Virus record (IMG/VR): IMGVR_UViG_3300038423_000106
Length of the DNA: 64,000 nucleotides
Strand: one strand, 5' to 3'
Source of the DNA: an uncultured virus (IMG/VR IMGVR_UViG_3300038423_000106)
Lineage: Duplodnaviria; Heunggongvirae; Uroviricota; Caudoviricetes
Below, one piece after another: positions 38,155 to 47,675 of the stretch (the stretch's first letter is position 1; every line of letters begins with the position of its first letter). The notes beneath the pieces are model-generated. The model saw only the letters and a list, made by a program, of their open reading frames with translations, was not told the DNA's origin and did not search any database. The translations under genes were made by a program, and so were the position numbers.

Positions 38155-38430
38155 CTAGAGTACCGTTTCCGAGCTATTAGGCGACTTGAGAGCGATTGCC
38201 GGGGCTTCCGGGTAGATTTCCTCAGTCTTTTCCCCGGCAGGCTCCCTGAACAGCGGTTTCCTGCCGATCCTCAGCTTTTTCTTCTGGTACCGCTTCTGCT
38301 TGCGCAGGCGCGTCCAGTGGCAGACGCAGAGGGCCAAAACAGCCATCCCCAGCTTCCGCGGTCGTGCCGGATGACCGCAAGCCTTCTGCTGGCCATCCGA
38401 CTTCGAGCGCGTCATGTAGCTGCAAATCAC
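38155..38430 (-). CDS. Hypothetical basic Cys/His protein
   Basis: GTGA-coupled ORF. Confidence 0.45.
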   Translation of the reverse strand: MICSYMTRSKSDGQQKACGHPARPRKLGMAVLALCVCHWTRLRKQKRYQKKKLRIGRKPLFREPAGEKTEEIYPEAPAIALKSPNSSETVL

Positions 38431-38816
38431 TTGATGTTCGCTTCCTTAAACCCGACTGCGATCTCTGGCGGTAACGGAATCTGTTGCTCTGTCGGTCGCC
38501 AGAGATGCAGGCAATATGGATGATTATTGATCCACTTAGACTTTGGAGGATGCAACTGCATGACCGTGTCTTCGTCGTCCCAGAACAGCGATTTCACGAA
38601 GCACATTTCATCCCAGTTCGGACAACGATTCGAGAGCGACACCGAAACATGCTCCCACGGAATCTGCTCGTTAGCATCACCCGGGCTTGCGATGATCCTA
38701 AGCATTCGGAAGTGTGGACCTTCGATTTCAAACGAACCGTAATCCGCTCCAATCGGAGAACCATATAGGCCGTTGCGTATTCGATGCCGCTCTAATTTGC
38801 CTGAGAACTTCATCAC
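38427..38816 (-). CDS. Conserved phage protein (WEHVSVS family)
   Basis: WEHVSVS...RCP.W.EMC.VK..FW......Q.HP......N.H..CLHLW. Confidence 0.75.
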   Translation of the reverse strand: MMKFSGKLERHRIRNGLYGSPIGADYGSFEIEGPHFRMLRIIASPGDANEQIPWEHVSVSLSNRCPNWDEMCFVKSLFWDDEDTVMQLHPPKSKWINNHPYCLHLWRPTEQQIPLPPEIAVGFKEANIK

Positions 38817-40138
38817 GCCCCCTCTCCGAACAGACTCTCTCCGTCCAGCGGGTCAGCTTCGACCACGCCTTGCTCCGCCGGAGAGTCATCGACGAATACC
38901 TGACCTCCGAGTTCCAAAAGATGCTCGACATGAACGAACAGTTTCCCGTTCTTTTCGTGCTCCGAGACTTCGGCTCTCATCGCCAATGCAGGCTTTATCT
39001 CGCCGCGCTGTTCGAAATACTTGTGCAGCGATTTGTGCCAGATGCAAAGATAACCCTTTCCTTCGTTCGTGAGCACTTCGAGTTGAAGCATCGTCTTTTT
39101 GTTGATTGTTTTTTTTTCCACTCCAATTAGAGAGTAGGCGCGGTGGTTCGTCGGCTTCGAGGTCAGCCTGTCCTGCTCCGCCTTCGCTGCATATTTGCAG
39201 TCCGGCTCGTGGCCGTTCACGCCGCCGCAGTTCCCGCACTTGACGTCCATGTTCGGCTGCTTCTTCGGCTCGACGATCTCTTCGGTCTCGTCCGGCTTCG
39301 GGAAGGTCACCGGGGCGATGTTCGCGGCAGGGTAGAACTCCGGCGCGATCTCCTCGGCCCGTTCGTTGTCGTCCTCGACCACCTCTATCCTCCCAGTGCC
39401 GAGCATCTTCCGCGTCTGCTCGAACAGCCTCGCATGGTCCGTCATCCGCCCGATCAGCTCGCTGATGCCCGCTGCCTGAATCTCCAAGTTCAAGGCATAG
39501 ATCGTCGTCGAGTGGCGCTTGTTGTCTTTTTCGGACATGTAACTCGTCTTCTCCGGCCTGACGACTAGCTTGGCCCTGATGCCCGCCAGCCTCCCCCCGG
39601 TGATCGTCTGAATCTGCTGGATGCTGGAAGAGATTTGCATGATGCTCCGGTACGACCCGGTGTGAATGCGCGCCACCGATCCGAGCTTCGGGAACGCGGC
39701 CAGCATGAAGCGCAAGTCGCCCGACGGCTTGCAATCTCCGCGCTCGAAGTCCGGACAGGATTTTCCGCACGGAGTCCACGGTTGCCCGTCCGGGTGCTCC
39801 GGCGTCCTTCGCGTGGCCGACTGCCCATCCCCGAAACACTTGCACTCGGATGCGGTGAACCACGCCAACTTCGTCGGGAAGACGTTTTCCAAGTCGTCAT
39901 CCAATAGGACGATTTCGAATTCCTTGCACTTGTTTCCGTATGCCTTCGTAAGGTCCGGATCGATCTCCCAGGCGTTCTTGCTGGAAGGAGACTTGCGCAG
40001 GAACACAAAGCAATCGAGTTTTACAGGAGCCTTGCGACCGTGCTCTGGGTCAGGCGGCAGACCGATCGCCACCTTAGTGCTCACGGCCAACCGTTGGATG
40101 GGACTGCCGTCTTCCGTTGTCGTTATTCCGCGAATCAT
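38813..40138 (-). CDS. Recombination directionality factor-like (Gp3-like) protein
   Basis: KV.IG......P.KLD.F...C.GDG..A...C...CK..G.L.F.L...G......T.S..S; next to exonuclease. Confidence 0.65.
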   Translation of the reverse strand: MIRGITTTEDGSPIQRLAVSTKVAIGLPPDPEHGRKAPVKLDCFVFLRKSPSSKNAWEIDPDLTKAYGNKCKEFEIVLLDDDLENVFPTKLAWFTASECKCFGDGQSATRRTPEHPDGQPWTPCGKSCPDFERGDCKPSGDLRFMLAAFPKLGSVARIHTGSYRSIMQISSSIQQIQTITGGRLAGIRAKLVVRPEKTSYMSEKDNKRHSTTIYALNLEIQAAGISELIGRMTDHARLFEQTRKMLGTGRIEVVEDDNERAEEIAPEFYPAANIAPVTFPKPDETEEIVEPKKQPNMDVKCGNCGGVNGHEPDCKYAAKAEQDRLTSKPTNHRAYSLIGVEKKTINKKTMLQLEVLTNEGKGYLCIWHKSLHKYFEQRGEIKPALAMRAEVSEHEKNGKLFVHVEHLLELGGQVFVDDSPAEQGVVEADPLDGESLFGEGA

Positions 40139-40148
40139 GGTATTCTCC

Positions 40149-41114
40149 TTAGAAAATTCTGTCGATGATCTCTACTAAATACGCCGCGTCCACCTTCTCG
40201 GGGTCTTTTTCTTTCAGCCGCTCGATCAATTGGACGAAGTAAGCGGTGTCGACGCCGGTCAACTGATCTTCAAGCACGTTCAAGTCTTTCAGATTCAGTT
40301 CGCTGATCTGCATCGCCATCTTGAGAATCTGTCCTGCGTTGACTCTCCATCCGCGCTCGATGAACTTCCGCAAGCGGACGACAGAGCAGATCGGGTACTT
40401 GCTGCCGACGTAGCGCAGTTCCCTCGCCAAGAGAGATTCGAGGGCTGCTGGTCGGAGCACGAGTTCGCTGTCCCAACTTTTCCAATAATTAGTGCAGTGG
40501 ACGAAGTCGTAGTTCGCGTGTATCTCGTCCGGTTCTCCGTAGAATCTGAGGATGAGCTGGATTTTACCGCTCAGCGTGATCGCGTTCGAAGTCATGAATA
40601 CAGGCCGGTGCTTCGGCTTGTCCTTCTCGTCTTCCGTTGCCAGCGCCTTGGCTTCGATCTCTTGGTGAGTATCTTCAATCTGCGCGGGGTCTTGGATGAC
40701 TTCTCCGACGTAGGCTGCCGCATTCTCGTCCGGTGCTCCCTCGAAATATTGGTACGGCTTCTCGGTTCCTTCTGCACTCGCGATGCCTGCAGATTTGCAG
40801 ACAACCTTGATGCGAGTCCCGTCGTCAAGGATGCTCAGCGGAACGTCGATCCCGTTCTTCTTCCCGGGCTTAAACCGCGCTAAGCAGTAGTTCGCCACTG
40901 CGAGCGTCGTGTCATGATCTCGGAAGTACAGATCGAAGTCATTCACTTCTTCCCCGAGCAGCATAGAAGCAATCGAACCGCCGGTGACGATCACGCCTTT
41001 CGACAACTTCTCTTTTAGTGCGGCGTCTTCAATGGTTTCCAGCCAGCCATCGACCTTGCGGCGGATTATGCTTTTGATCGTCTTCGTCTTCATGCCGTGC
41101 TTGTGCTCTGTCAT
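40149..41114 (-). CDS. Nucleotidyltransferase-superfamily protein
   Basis: GG.I.S.L..E.VND.D.YF; N.IT....Q......YDF.H; R.RKF..RGW. Confidence 0.7.
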   Translation of the reverse strand: MTEHKHGMKTKTIKSIIRRKVDGWLETIEDAALKEKLSKGVIVTGGSIASMLLGEEVNDFDLYFRDHDTTLAVANYCLARFKPGKKNGIDVPLSILDDGTRIKVVCKSAGIASAEGTEKPYQYFEGAPDENAAAYVGEVIQDPAQIEDTHQEIEAKALATEDEKDKPKHRPVFMTSNAITLSGKIQLILRFYGEPDEIHANYDFVHCTNYWKSWDSELVLRPAALESLLARELRYVGSKYPICSVVRLRKFIERGWRVNAGQILKMAMQISELNLKDLNVLEDQLTGVDTAYFVQLIERLKEKDPEKVDAAYLVEIIDRIF

Positions 41115-41803
41115 TTCACACGTCCCGCGATCACTGGAATGTTTCGGGCGATCACTCCCGGTATATTCATGGTGCTCTTGTCTGCCTTCGCCCTAGCGTT
41201 CAACGCGACTTGGTTCGGCAGGATGTACTCGTAAGAAACTTTCCCGGCAGCGACGGCCTTCACCAGTTTAGCGATGTCAGTCACTTCTGCCGACCAGTTC
41301 TCGCGCATTTTAGAGATGCCGGCGGCCCGCTGGTAGGTCGGTGCGACCGGAGCGGCCACGACGGCGACCGGAGCCGAGAAGATGTCGTCCACCTGTTCCT
41401 TCGAAGCTCCCGCCTGTTCTGCTGCGATGGCTGCTTTCAACTGTTCTTCCTTCGCCAGCCGCTCGGCTTCCTCTTGAGCCTTGCGCTGCGCTTCCTGCCG
41501 GATGCGTTCTTGCTCCATATCCCACGCGACTATCGCGGCTTTCACAACGCGTTCCGCTTGCGCGGCTGGCGCGTCGCCTTCCTCGAACTTCGCAGTGATC
41601 GCCTTCCACGAATCGTAGGCCGCCTTCTTGAGCGGATTCCAGTACTCCGCCCATCGCTTGCGGAAAGGGATGATTTGTTCCAAAAGCAGCGCTGACGCTG
41701 AATCATATGAAGGCTGGTCTGTGATCTTGACGAGCGCGGCCTTTTGCGTGACCGTCAATGCTTCCTGTTTTAGTTCCTGTTCCTGATCAATCGTAGTTGC
41801 CAT
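41111..41803 (-). CDS. Coiled-coil conserved phage protein
   Basis: Helical body; W...V.D...L...IPGV C-terminus. Confidence 0.65.
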   Translation of the reverse strand: MATTIDQEQELKQEALTVTQKAALVKITDQPSYDSASALLLEQIIPFRKRWAEYWNPLKKAAYDSWKAITAKFEEGDAPAAQAERVVKAAIVAWDMEQERIRQEAQRKAQEEAERLAKEEQLKAAIAAEQAGASKEQVDDIFSAPVAVVAAPVAPTYQRAAGISKMRENWSAEVTDIAKLVKAVAAGKVSYEYILPNQVALNARAKADKSTMNIPGVIARNIPVIAGRVK

Positions 41804-42383
41804 TCATTTTCCTCAATTCTTCGATGAACCTAGATATGTCGCTGTCAAATGATGCCAACGGAAACTCTTTTACTTTGTAATCTCCGTCCGGTAAGAGACT
41901 CAATCCTATTCTTCTTATCGTCCGTGCCAGAGAGATGTTCGGCTGGATCAAGACGCACTGGGCAGCGAGTTGAAAACGGGTCCACTCTGCTATCGCTCCT
42001 GTCTTGAATTCCACAACCACATGTTGCCAAAGTGGCAACTTGCCGTAACGGTCTGGAATCCCACAGTAACCCAGAGCCGATGCCATCGGCTTCTCGATCA
42101 ATAATGGGACGAATCCACTATTTTCTTTCCATGTCTTATAAGCGCGGCGGTATCCGAGCAAGGAGCGCGGAACCTTACGGTAGTTCAGCAATCCTTCGTC
42201 CTCAAGCTGCAGCATCCAGTGGACGGACTTTCCACGGTTCATCGCATGGATGCGAACGTCCTCTGCAACGAAAGAGAAGTCGCAGATTCCAGATGCGGCT
42301 AAGACTTGCGTGATCGAAGGACGCCTGACTCCGCCGATGCTGAACTCGTGCTTGGCGCGGTCGAATTTGAAATCTGTGATCAT
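41787..42383 (-). CDS. PD-(D/E)XK (Cas4-like) exonuclease
   Basis: PSITQVL...RG..VH...E......Y.G..D......EFKTG....Q. Confidence 0.75.
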   Translation of the reverse strand: MITDFKFDRAKHEFSIGGVRRPSITQVLAASGICDFSFVAEDVRIHAMNRGKSVHWMLQLEDEGLLNYRKVPRSLLGYRRAYKTWKENSGFVPLLIEKPMASALGYCGIPDRYGKLPLWQHVVVEFKTGAIAEWTRFQLAAQCVLIQPNISLARTIRRIGLSLLPDGDYKVKEFPLASFDSDISRFIEELRKMNGNYD

Positions 42384-42570
42384 CGCATCACGCTCGGCAT
42401 CGTCCGACTCCAGTAGTCTCGCCCGGCGTTCGGGTTCCTGCTGCGCTGCTTCCTGTCGCGAACGCAGGAGCAGCAAATTCTTGACCCGCGCTCCAGTTGC
42501 CACATCTTAGGGCTGAAGCAGTTCACGTCCTTTTCGAGTTTGCAGTAGTTGCAATACTTAAGCGGCCGCT

Positions 42571-42783
42571 TCACAGCTTCACTCCGAACTCGTGGAGTTC
42601 CTGTTCGAGCCAGTGCTTCGAGATTCCGTCCTCCCGGAACGGCGGCTCCAGCCCCATCGCCAGAGCCTCGGAGTCCGTCAGCGGCCTGACCAGGTGTTCG
42701 CTTCCGCCGTCCCTGTGCATGAAGGCAGCGTTCGCCGTGCTTCCCTTCCAGCCGCATCCCCTGCAGTACCAGGCGATGGTCAT
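42571..42783 (-). CDS. Small Zn-binding protein
   Basis: CRGC...H...H; ATGA coupling. Confidence 0.45.
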   Translation of the reverse strand: MTIAWYCRGCGWKGSTANAAFMHRDGGSEHLVRPLTDSEALAMGLEPPFREDGISKHWLEQELHEFGVKL

Positions 42784-43019
42784 AATTTCGCGAGCCTTTC
42801 CCGGAGAATGCGGTGAGCCTCGAACCGGTTCGGAGCCGAATCGACCGCATCGCTCATCATGTCCATCGAAAGCAAGATTCGCTCTTGGGCGTCATCGTAA
42901 GTCTCAGCGTCCTCGCAGTCGAAGCAGCGCATGAAACGGCGGTACGCGGCAACGTCTTTCTCCGTCGCATTCGGGTTCTTATCCCGCAATCCATCCATAA
43001 TTTGCTGGTCACTTAGCAT
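42780..43019 (-). CDS. Hypothetical protein
   Basis: SD AAGGA; coupled. Confidence 0.45.
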   Translation of the reverse strand: MLSDQQIMDGLRDKNPNATEKDVAAYRRFMRCFDCEDAETYDDAQERILLSMDMMSDAVDSAPNRFEAHRILRERLAKL

Positions 43020-43660
43020 GTTCCTTCTCCATTTCCCTACGTATCTCCTCTGCCCTCTGCGCCAGCCGCGACAGGTCGCACGGGCATCCCTTGGCGTGCT
43101 GGCCGGTTAGCATGACCACGGAGCCGCAAGAGCAGACGGCCTCAGCCTTAGCTTGATTGAAGGCAGCATTGTGCCTGTCGAGCGCGGCTTGGTCCCAACT
43201 AGCCATGATTACGCGCTTTCTGTTCATTCTGGCAATTAACGCATTCCTGATTTGCAGTCGGAGTTGCTGTCAGAATGAAGCCAAGAACCTGAGCGAGCGA
43301 TTCAAGTTTACGCGCGTGTTCTGCGCACGATGGCACGTCCTTACCCGGCCAATGAACGAGTAAAACTGCTTCAGCCATGGTGGTGCCTCCCCACGTACCA
43401 CTCGACGAGCCAGCCCCCCCAGGCACAGACCGCCGCAGAACAGGCTCGTCCACAGCGCCAGGAGCAGGACGTTCTCCAGGTAAAGGTTCATAAGTCCTCC
43501 TACCACATCGATCCGCATTGAATGCAGCGGCTCGGATACATTGGCATCGCCAGCGTCCAGAGTCCGAACGTCAGCAGTATGAGCAAGCCCGTGCCGACTC
43601 CCCAGCGCTTCGAGAAGCCGCGCCTCATGTCGCAGTGTGGACAATACGCTTCGTGCACGG

Positions 43661-44029
43661 TCATTCCTCCCACTCGATTCGGACGCAGGCAATGCGAGAT
43701 GACGTGGCCCGCGCATCGGCGTGTGCTTTACTTAGGAAAATGAGGCATCCAGTTACACAACCGAGCTGGACTTTTTCTTCGCGCAAAATGTTGATCCAAC
43801 CTTCGCGCTTCGCTGGAGCCATGAAGAGGTCTAATTCGTGTTCGTAGTTAGAATAGCGGCCGTTGTACTTCCATGTAACTATCGAATTGTCCAGCACGCC
43901 AGCGAGCGAAGGAAGGAAGAGAAGTCTATCCGGCGACAAGGCGAACTCGTGGAACTGAGTCACCGTCCTTCCGTCCCGCGTCACCACAGAAGCACCTTCC
44001 AACGCCGCTTTCAAGTCGAATGGTTTCAC
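43661..44029 (-). CDS. Conserved phage protein (KPFDL..AL.G..V.TRDGR family)
   Basis: KPFDLKAALEG..V.TRDGR...DLFM...W.NI. Confidence 0.7.
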   Translation of the reverse strand: MKPFDLKAALEGASVVTRDGRTVTQFHEFALSPDRLLFLPSLAGVLDNSIVTWKYNGRYSNYEHELDLFMAPAKREGWINILREEKVQLGCVTGCLIFLSKAHADARATSSRIACVRIEWEE

Positions 44030-44031
44030 GG

Positions 44032-44394
44032 CTATTTCTCCATCCCGAAGAACGGCGCCGGGTGAACGTCGATCACCGTGTACGTGAACGTGTTCGAGTC
44101 CTCCAAGGTACAGGTGTCCTCTACCACAAATCCGTTCTCGTCCTGGTAGGCGACGTAGAGTTCCCCGCCGTAGTAGTCCTGAAGGTAGTCCGTCCGCGTG
44201 AACGAGACCGTGTAGTTCGCGTCCCACTTGCACTCCAGCGGGAGAACGATCGTCGCGCTGGCCTGCGGCAAGCCCTCCTGGGAGAGCGTCAGCGTCCCCG
44301 TGGCCACGGTCAGCCCGGCGAAGTTCCAGCACTTCGGTTGCGCCAGCGCGGTGCCGGCGAGCAACAAGATTGCGAGCATCAGTTTGGTCTTCAT
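44032..44394 (-). CDS. Secreted hypothetical protein
   Basis: Signal peptide MKTKLMLAILLLAGTALA-Q; SD AAGGAG. Confidence 0.65.
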   Translation of the reverse strand: MKTKLMLAILLLAGTALAQPKCWNFAGLTVATGTLTLSQEGLPQASATIVLPLECKWDANYTVSFTRTDYLQDYYGGELYVAYQDENGFVVEDTCTLEDSNTFTYTVIDVHPAPFFGMEK

Positions 44395-45130
44395 TGTGGT
44401 TCTCCTTTTTTACCTGCAAAATTTGCAGTCAGAACTTCTCGAACATCACGACCCAGACCGCGCGCCAGACGGCCGCGCAGACCAGAGCGGCCACGACCAA
44501 GCGGAAGATCGCGAACCAGTCCTTCCTCGTGAGCGGCTGCCAACAAGCGAGCGCCCAGCGGCGGCGACGAGTTTGAAAATCAGTTTCCGTCATAAAAATC
44601 TTCCTCCAGGCAGACTCCTTCTGTACTGCTTTAGGGGTTTTGCTCCCTTGCTACTGTTCTCGTCTGTTCTTACGTCTTGAGAAAGTAGGTACGGGTTGAA
44701 CAAGCAGTTAGTGTGGAGGGTAGTAGGAGAATCGCCAGAATTCACCCTTTCGGCACTGGCCCATTGGCCTCCGTCCCCCAGCCTTGCTCTCTCTGCCTCC
44801 GACCTTCCGAGGCTTACGTCTTGCAGCGGCCCGTTAATTTTCGGATGTACGCAGTGCCGCGAAGCTACCGCCCGATCGCTCGGGAAACAGACGTGGGTCT
44901 CCCGGTCAATTGGATCAGGCTCGAATTGTGAGAGTGAGGCATTTGATCGGGTGAAAGTTCGTACTCTCTGGTGGCCGGTCCACCCGATCAAGAATTTCCC
45001 GGCCAGCGCAGAGAGCAGAACCGACCTAAGATTATCACATCCTAAGCCGATGTCTAGAACTTTTTTCATTTTACTGTCCTCCTGCAAGTTTGCAGGACAG
45101 GCCGCCCAGCCCGAGACGGCCCGTCCCCTC

Positions 45131-46057
45131 TCAGCGGTCAGCAGCAACGGGCGAAGTAGAGGCGACCGCTGAAACCTTCTTGCCGAAACGATCACATTCG
45201 TAGAGAACCTTCCCCACCCTGAATCCGATCTTGTAGGGATACTCTGGGTTGTCTTTCCACTCATACAAGTCGGCCTTATTGATCTCGACAGCGATATAGC
45301 GGTCGCCTTTAACCGTGCGGAACTCATCGCAGAAATACGGAAGCGAGCAAGCATGGAATTTACCACCGCCACATTCACTGTTCTTTGGTTCCCATGCTTT
45401 ATGCTCGACCGTAGAACCCACCAGCCATAGTGTTTCATTCTCGGTATTTTCCTGCGTCTTCCAGTCAACGGAAACTCGCTTGTAAAGTACGACTTTGTCA
45501 CTTTCTTCGACTGCGTTGCGTTCAAACCATCCTAAATCCTTGATGATCTGCACGTGGCAGTGTTTGGACTGTTTGCCTATATTCAGATTGATCGTGACTG
45601 GAAGGAAGGCTACAGAGAAGCCATGCAGCAGAATCTTTACGAATGCAGAGAAGATGCGCACAACAGAGTTCCCCCACGCCACGACCGAAGAGTTCTCCCA
45701 CGCCACGACCGAAGAGTTCCCCCACGCCACGACCGAAGAGTTCCCCCACGCCACGACCGAAGAGTTCTCCCACGCCACGACCGAAGAGTTCCCCCGCGCC
45801 ACGACCGAAGAGTTCTCCCGCGCCACGACCGAAGAGTTCCCCCACGCCACGACCGAAGAGTTCTCCCACGCCACGACCGAAGAGTTCCCCCGCGCCACGA
45901 CCGAAGAGTTCCCCCACGCCACGACCGAAGAGTTCCCCCGCGCCACGACCGAAAGCCATTTACCAGCTGTATCCTTAATTATGATACGCGTGTATTCATC
46001 GAACTTCTTTGGCAGTGCGTCCAGTTCAGATTGAGTAGTAACTACGATTTCTTTCAC
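45131..46057 (-). CDS. Octapeptide-repeat (beta-solenoid) protein
   Basis: GTG start after GGAGG; (NSSVVA[W/R][G/E])n; C-terminal LYK.V...C..G.FH.C...K domain. Confidence 0.75.
   Translation of the reverse strand: MKEIVVTTQSELDALPKKFDEYTRIIIKDTAGKWLSVVARGNSSVVAWGNSSVVARGNSSVVAWENSSVVAWGNSSVVARENSSVVARGNSSVVAWENSSVVAWGNSSVVAWGNSSVVAWENSSVVAWGNSVVRIFSAFVKILLHGFSVAFLPVTINLNIGKQSKHCHVQIIKDLGWFERNAVEESDKVVLYKRVSVDWKTQENTENETLWLVGSTVEHKAWEPKNSECGGGKFHACSLPYFCDEFRTVKGDRYIAVEINKADLYEWKDNPEYPYKIGFRVGKVLYECDRFGKKVSAVASTSPVAADR
45666..45953. repeat. 24-bp tandem repeat x12
   Basis: GAGTTC[C/T]CC[A/G]CGCCACGACCGAA units; variation at two positions only. Confidence 0.95.
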
Positions 46058-46116
46058 GAGTACACCTCCCTTGATTTTGATTGGTTTGCATATCGCCTCA
46101 TTGCTGTACTGGAAAC

Positions 46117-46186
46117 AATCTAGCAAATCGCGTGCTAGCATGTCAAGCAAATAATGCTTGACATGCATCTCTATCAATGATAAAAG
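46117..46186. promoter_or_regulatory. Back-to-back promoters on a 12-bp inverted repeat (early switch)
   Basis: GCATGTCAAGCA-N5-TGCTTGACATGC (46138-46166) supplies TTGACA on both strands; TGn-TAAAAG to the right, TGn-TAGATT to the left; gene orientation diverges here. Confidence 0.75.
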
Positions 46187-46192
46187 GAAAAC

Positions 46193-46339
46193 ATGGACGA
46201 GCAAACCAAAACTTTATACGTCAGAGACGTTCCAGTGCTTTTGATGAATAAAGCGAAAGCAGCTGCGGCCACTGAGGGGCTTTCGTTCCCAAAGTGGATC
46301 ATTAAACTGATTGAAAAGACGGTGGGGATTAAGAAATGA
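46193..46339 (+). CDS. Ribbon-helix-helix regulator (48 aa)
   Basis: MDEQTKTLYVRDVP..LM.KAK..AA.EG.S...WI..LI; SD AAGGA. Confidence 0.7.
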   Translation: MDEQTKTLYVRDVPVLLMNKAKAAAATEGLSFPKWIIKLIEKTVGIKK

Positions 46340-46788
46340 AACGCTTCTGGGATAAGGTAAACAAAAATGGCCCTTTACCCCCTAAGCATCCAGAATTAGG
46401 GCACTGCTGGTTGTGGCTAGCCGGGTGTTCCGGAGATGGTTACGGAGCATTCTGGTTTGAGGGGAAAACTGTTCGAGCACATCGATTCTCTCTGTGGTTA
46501 GTTGGACGAAACATACCAGAGGGGATGCAGCCAGATCACCTCTGCGAAGTGACGATCTGTATAAGGCCGGAGCATATTAAAGTCACGACTCCTAGAGACA
46601 ATGTCCGAAGAACGGACAGTCCCCCCGCCGAAAATGCGCGCAAAACGCATTGCTTGAACGGTCATCTGCTCTCGGGAAATAATCTCTACACACAAGGCGT
46701 TCGAAGGCGAGTTTGTATCACTTGCCGTCGACAACGACGCATGGCACGTTATTGGAGTCTATCCAAACAAGAACGGAGATTCGCATGA
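46336..46788 (+). CDS. HNH endonuclease
   Basis: RFW.KV...CW.W...GYG.F....AHR.S....DHLC....C.RP.H; KTHC..GH. Confidence 0.9.
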   Translation: MKRFWDKVNKNGPLPPKHPELGHCWLWLAGCSGDGYGAFWFEGKTVRAHRFSLWLVGRNIPEGMQPDHLCEVTICIRPEHIKVTTPRDNVRRTDSPPAENARKTHCLNGHLLSGNNLYTQGVRRRVCITCRRQRRMARYWSLSKQERRFA

Positions 46789-47261
46789 GCGTATTGACGT
46801 TCACAGTTTATGGCATTCCCGCACCGCAGGGTTCGATGCGAGCCTTCATACCTAAAGGTTGGAAGCGCGCCGTGCTGACCTCAGCGAACAAGAGGACGAA
46901 GCCGTGGCGCCAAGAGGTCGCCGGGGCAGCTCTGGCGGCGATGGAGCGGGCGAAGTTCGAGCAAGCTGGAAAGTCGGTGGCATTTCAGCTGTGCGTGTCG
47001 TTCCGCTTTCAGAAGCCGAAGTCGGCGAAGAAATCAGTGACGCAGAAAGTCACCAAGCCAGACCTCGACAAACTTTTGAGGTCGGTCCTCGATGCGCTCA
47101 CTGGAATCGTGTGGGTTGACGATTCTCAAGTAGTAATTATCAGCGCCAGAAAAGATTTCGGGCAACCGGGAGCTACGATCACATTCTCGGAGATGGACGA
47201 CCTGCCTCCGGGCAAAGCACTGAAGCACGAAGCGATCAACGATTCTGAACTTCCATTCTGA
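46785..47261 (+). CDS. rusA: RusA-family Holliday junction resolvase
   Basis: G.PAPQGS...PWR...KPDLDKL.R.VLDAL.G....DDSQV. Confidence 0.9.
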   Translation: MSVLTFTVYGIPAPQGSMRAFIPKGWKRAVLTSANKRTKPWRQEVAGAALAAMERAKFEQAGKSVAFQLCVSFRFQKPKSAKKSVTQKVTKPDLDKLLRSVLDALTGIVWVDDSQVVIISARKDFGQPGATITFSEMDDLPPGKALKHEAINDSELPF

Positions 47262-47281
47262 AAATCACAGGAGAGAATAGT

Positions 47282-47626
47282 ATGCCGAAGAAAGCCGCAA
47301 AAAAGCCCACTCAGAAAGTAAACAAGATCGCCCGCCAAGACGCCTTGCCCGGTATGGACGTTGGAATCAAAGAGATCGAAGACGCGGCTCTGGATTATCG
47401 GGAAGGCCGCGACGAGCGCATGGCTGCCACGGAAGTAGAAGTGACGCGCAAGCAAGCCCTGATCGCGGTCATGCACAAGCACGGCAAACAGTCGTACTTG
47501 CGCAGGATCGGAGACAAGGTTCTGAAAGTGGAATTGAAAGTCGAGAAGGAATCGGTGAAGGTCGCGCTCAAAGATCAAGCGCCTGCCGCCGGGGAAGGCA
47601 GTGAAACACGAAGCGATCAAAGATGA
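47282..47626 (+). CDS. Hypothetical protein
   Basis: SD AGGAG. Confidence 0.65.
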   Translation: MPKKAAKKPTQKVNKIARQDALPGMDVGIKEIEDAALDYREGRDERMAATEVEVTRKQALIAVMHKHGKQSYLRRIGDKVLKVELKVEKESVKVALKDQAPAAGEGSETRSDQR

Positions 47627-47675
47627 TTCGTTACCCTTTTGAAGTGACTGCAAACTTGCAGAGGAGAACACAGAA

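Noticed and set aside
45666..45953. 24-bp repeats as a CRISPR array
   Set aside because: Contiguous tandem units with no spacers; in-frame coding repeat; no cas genes
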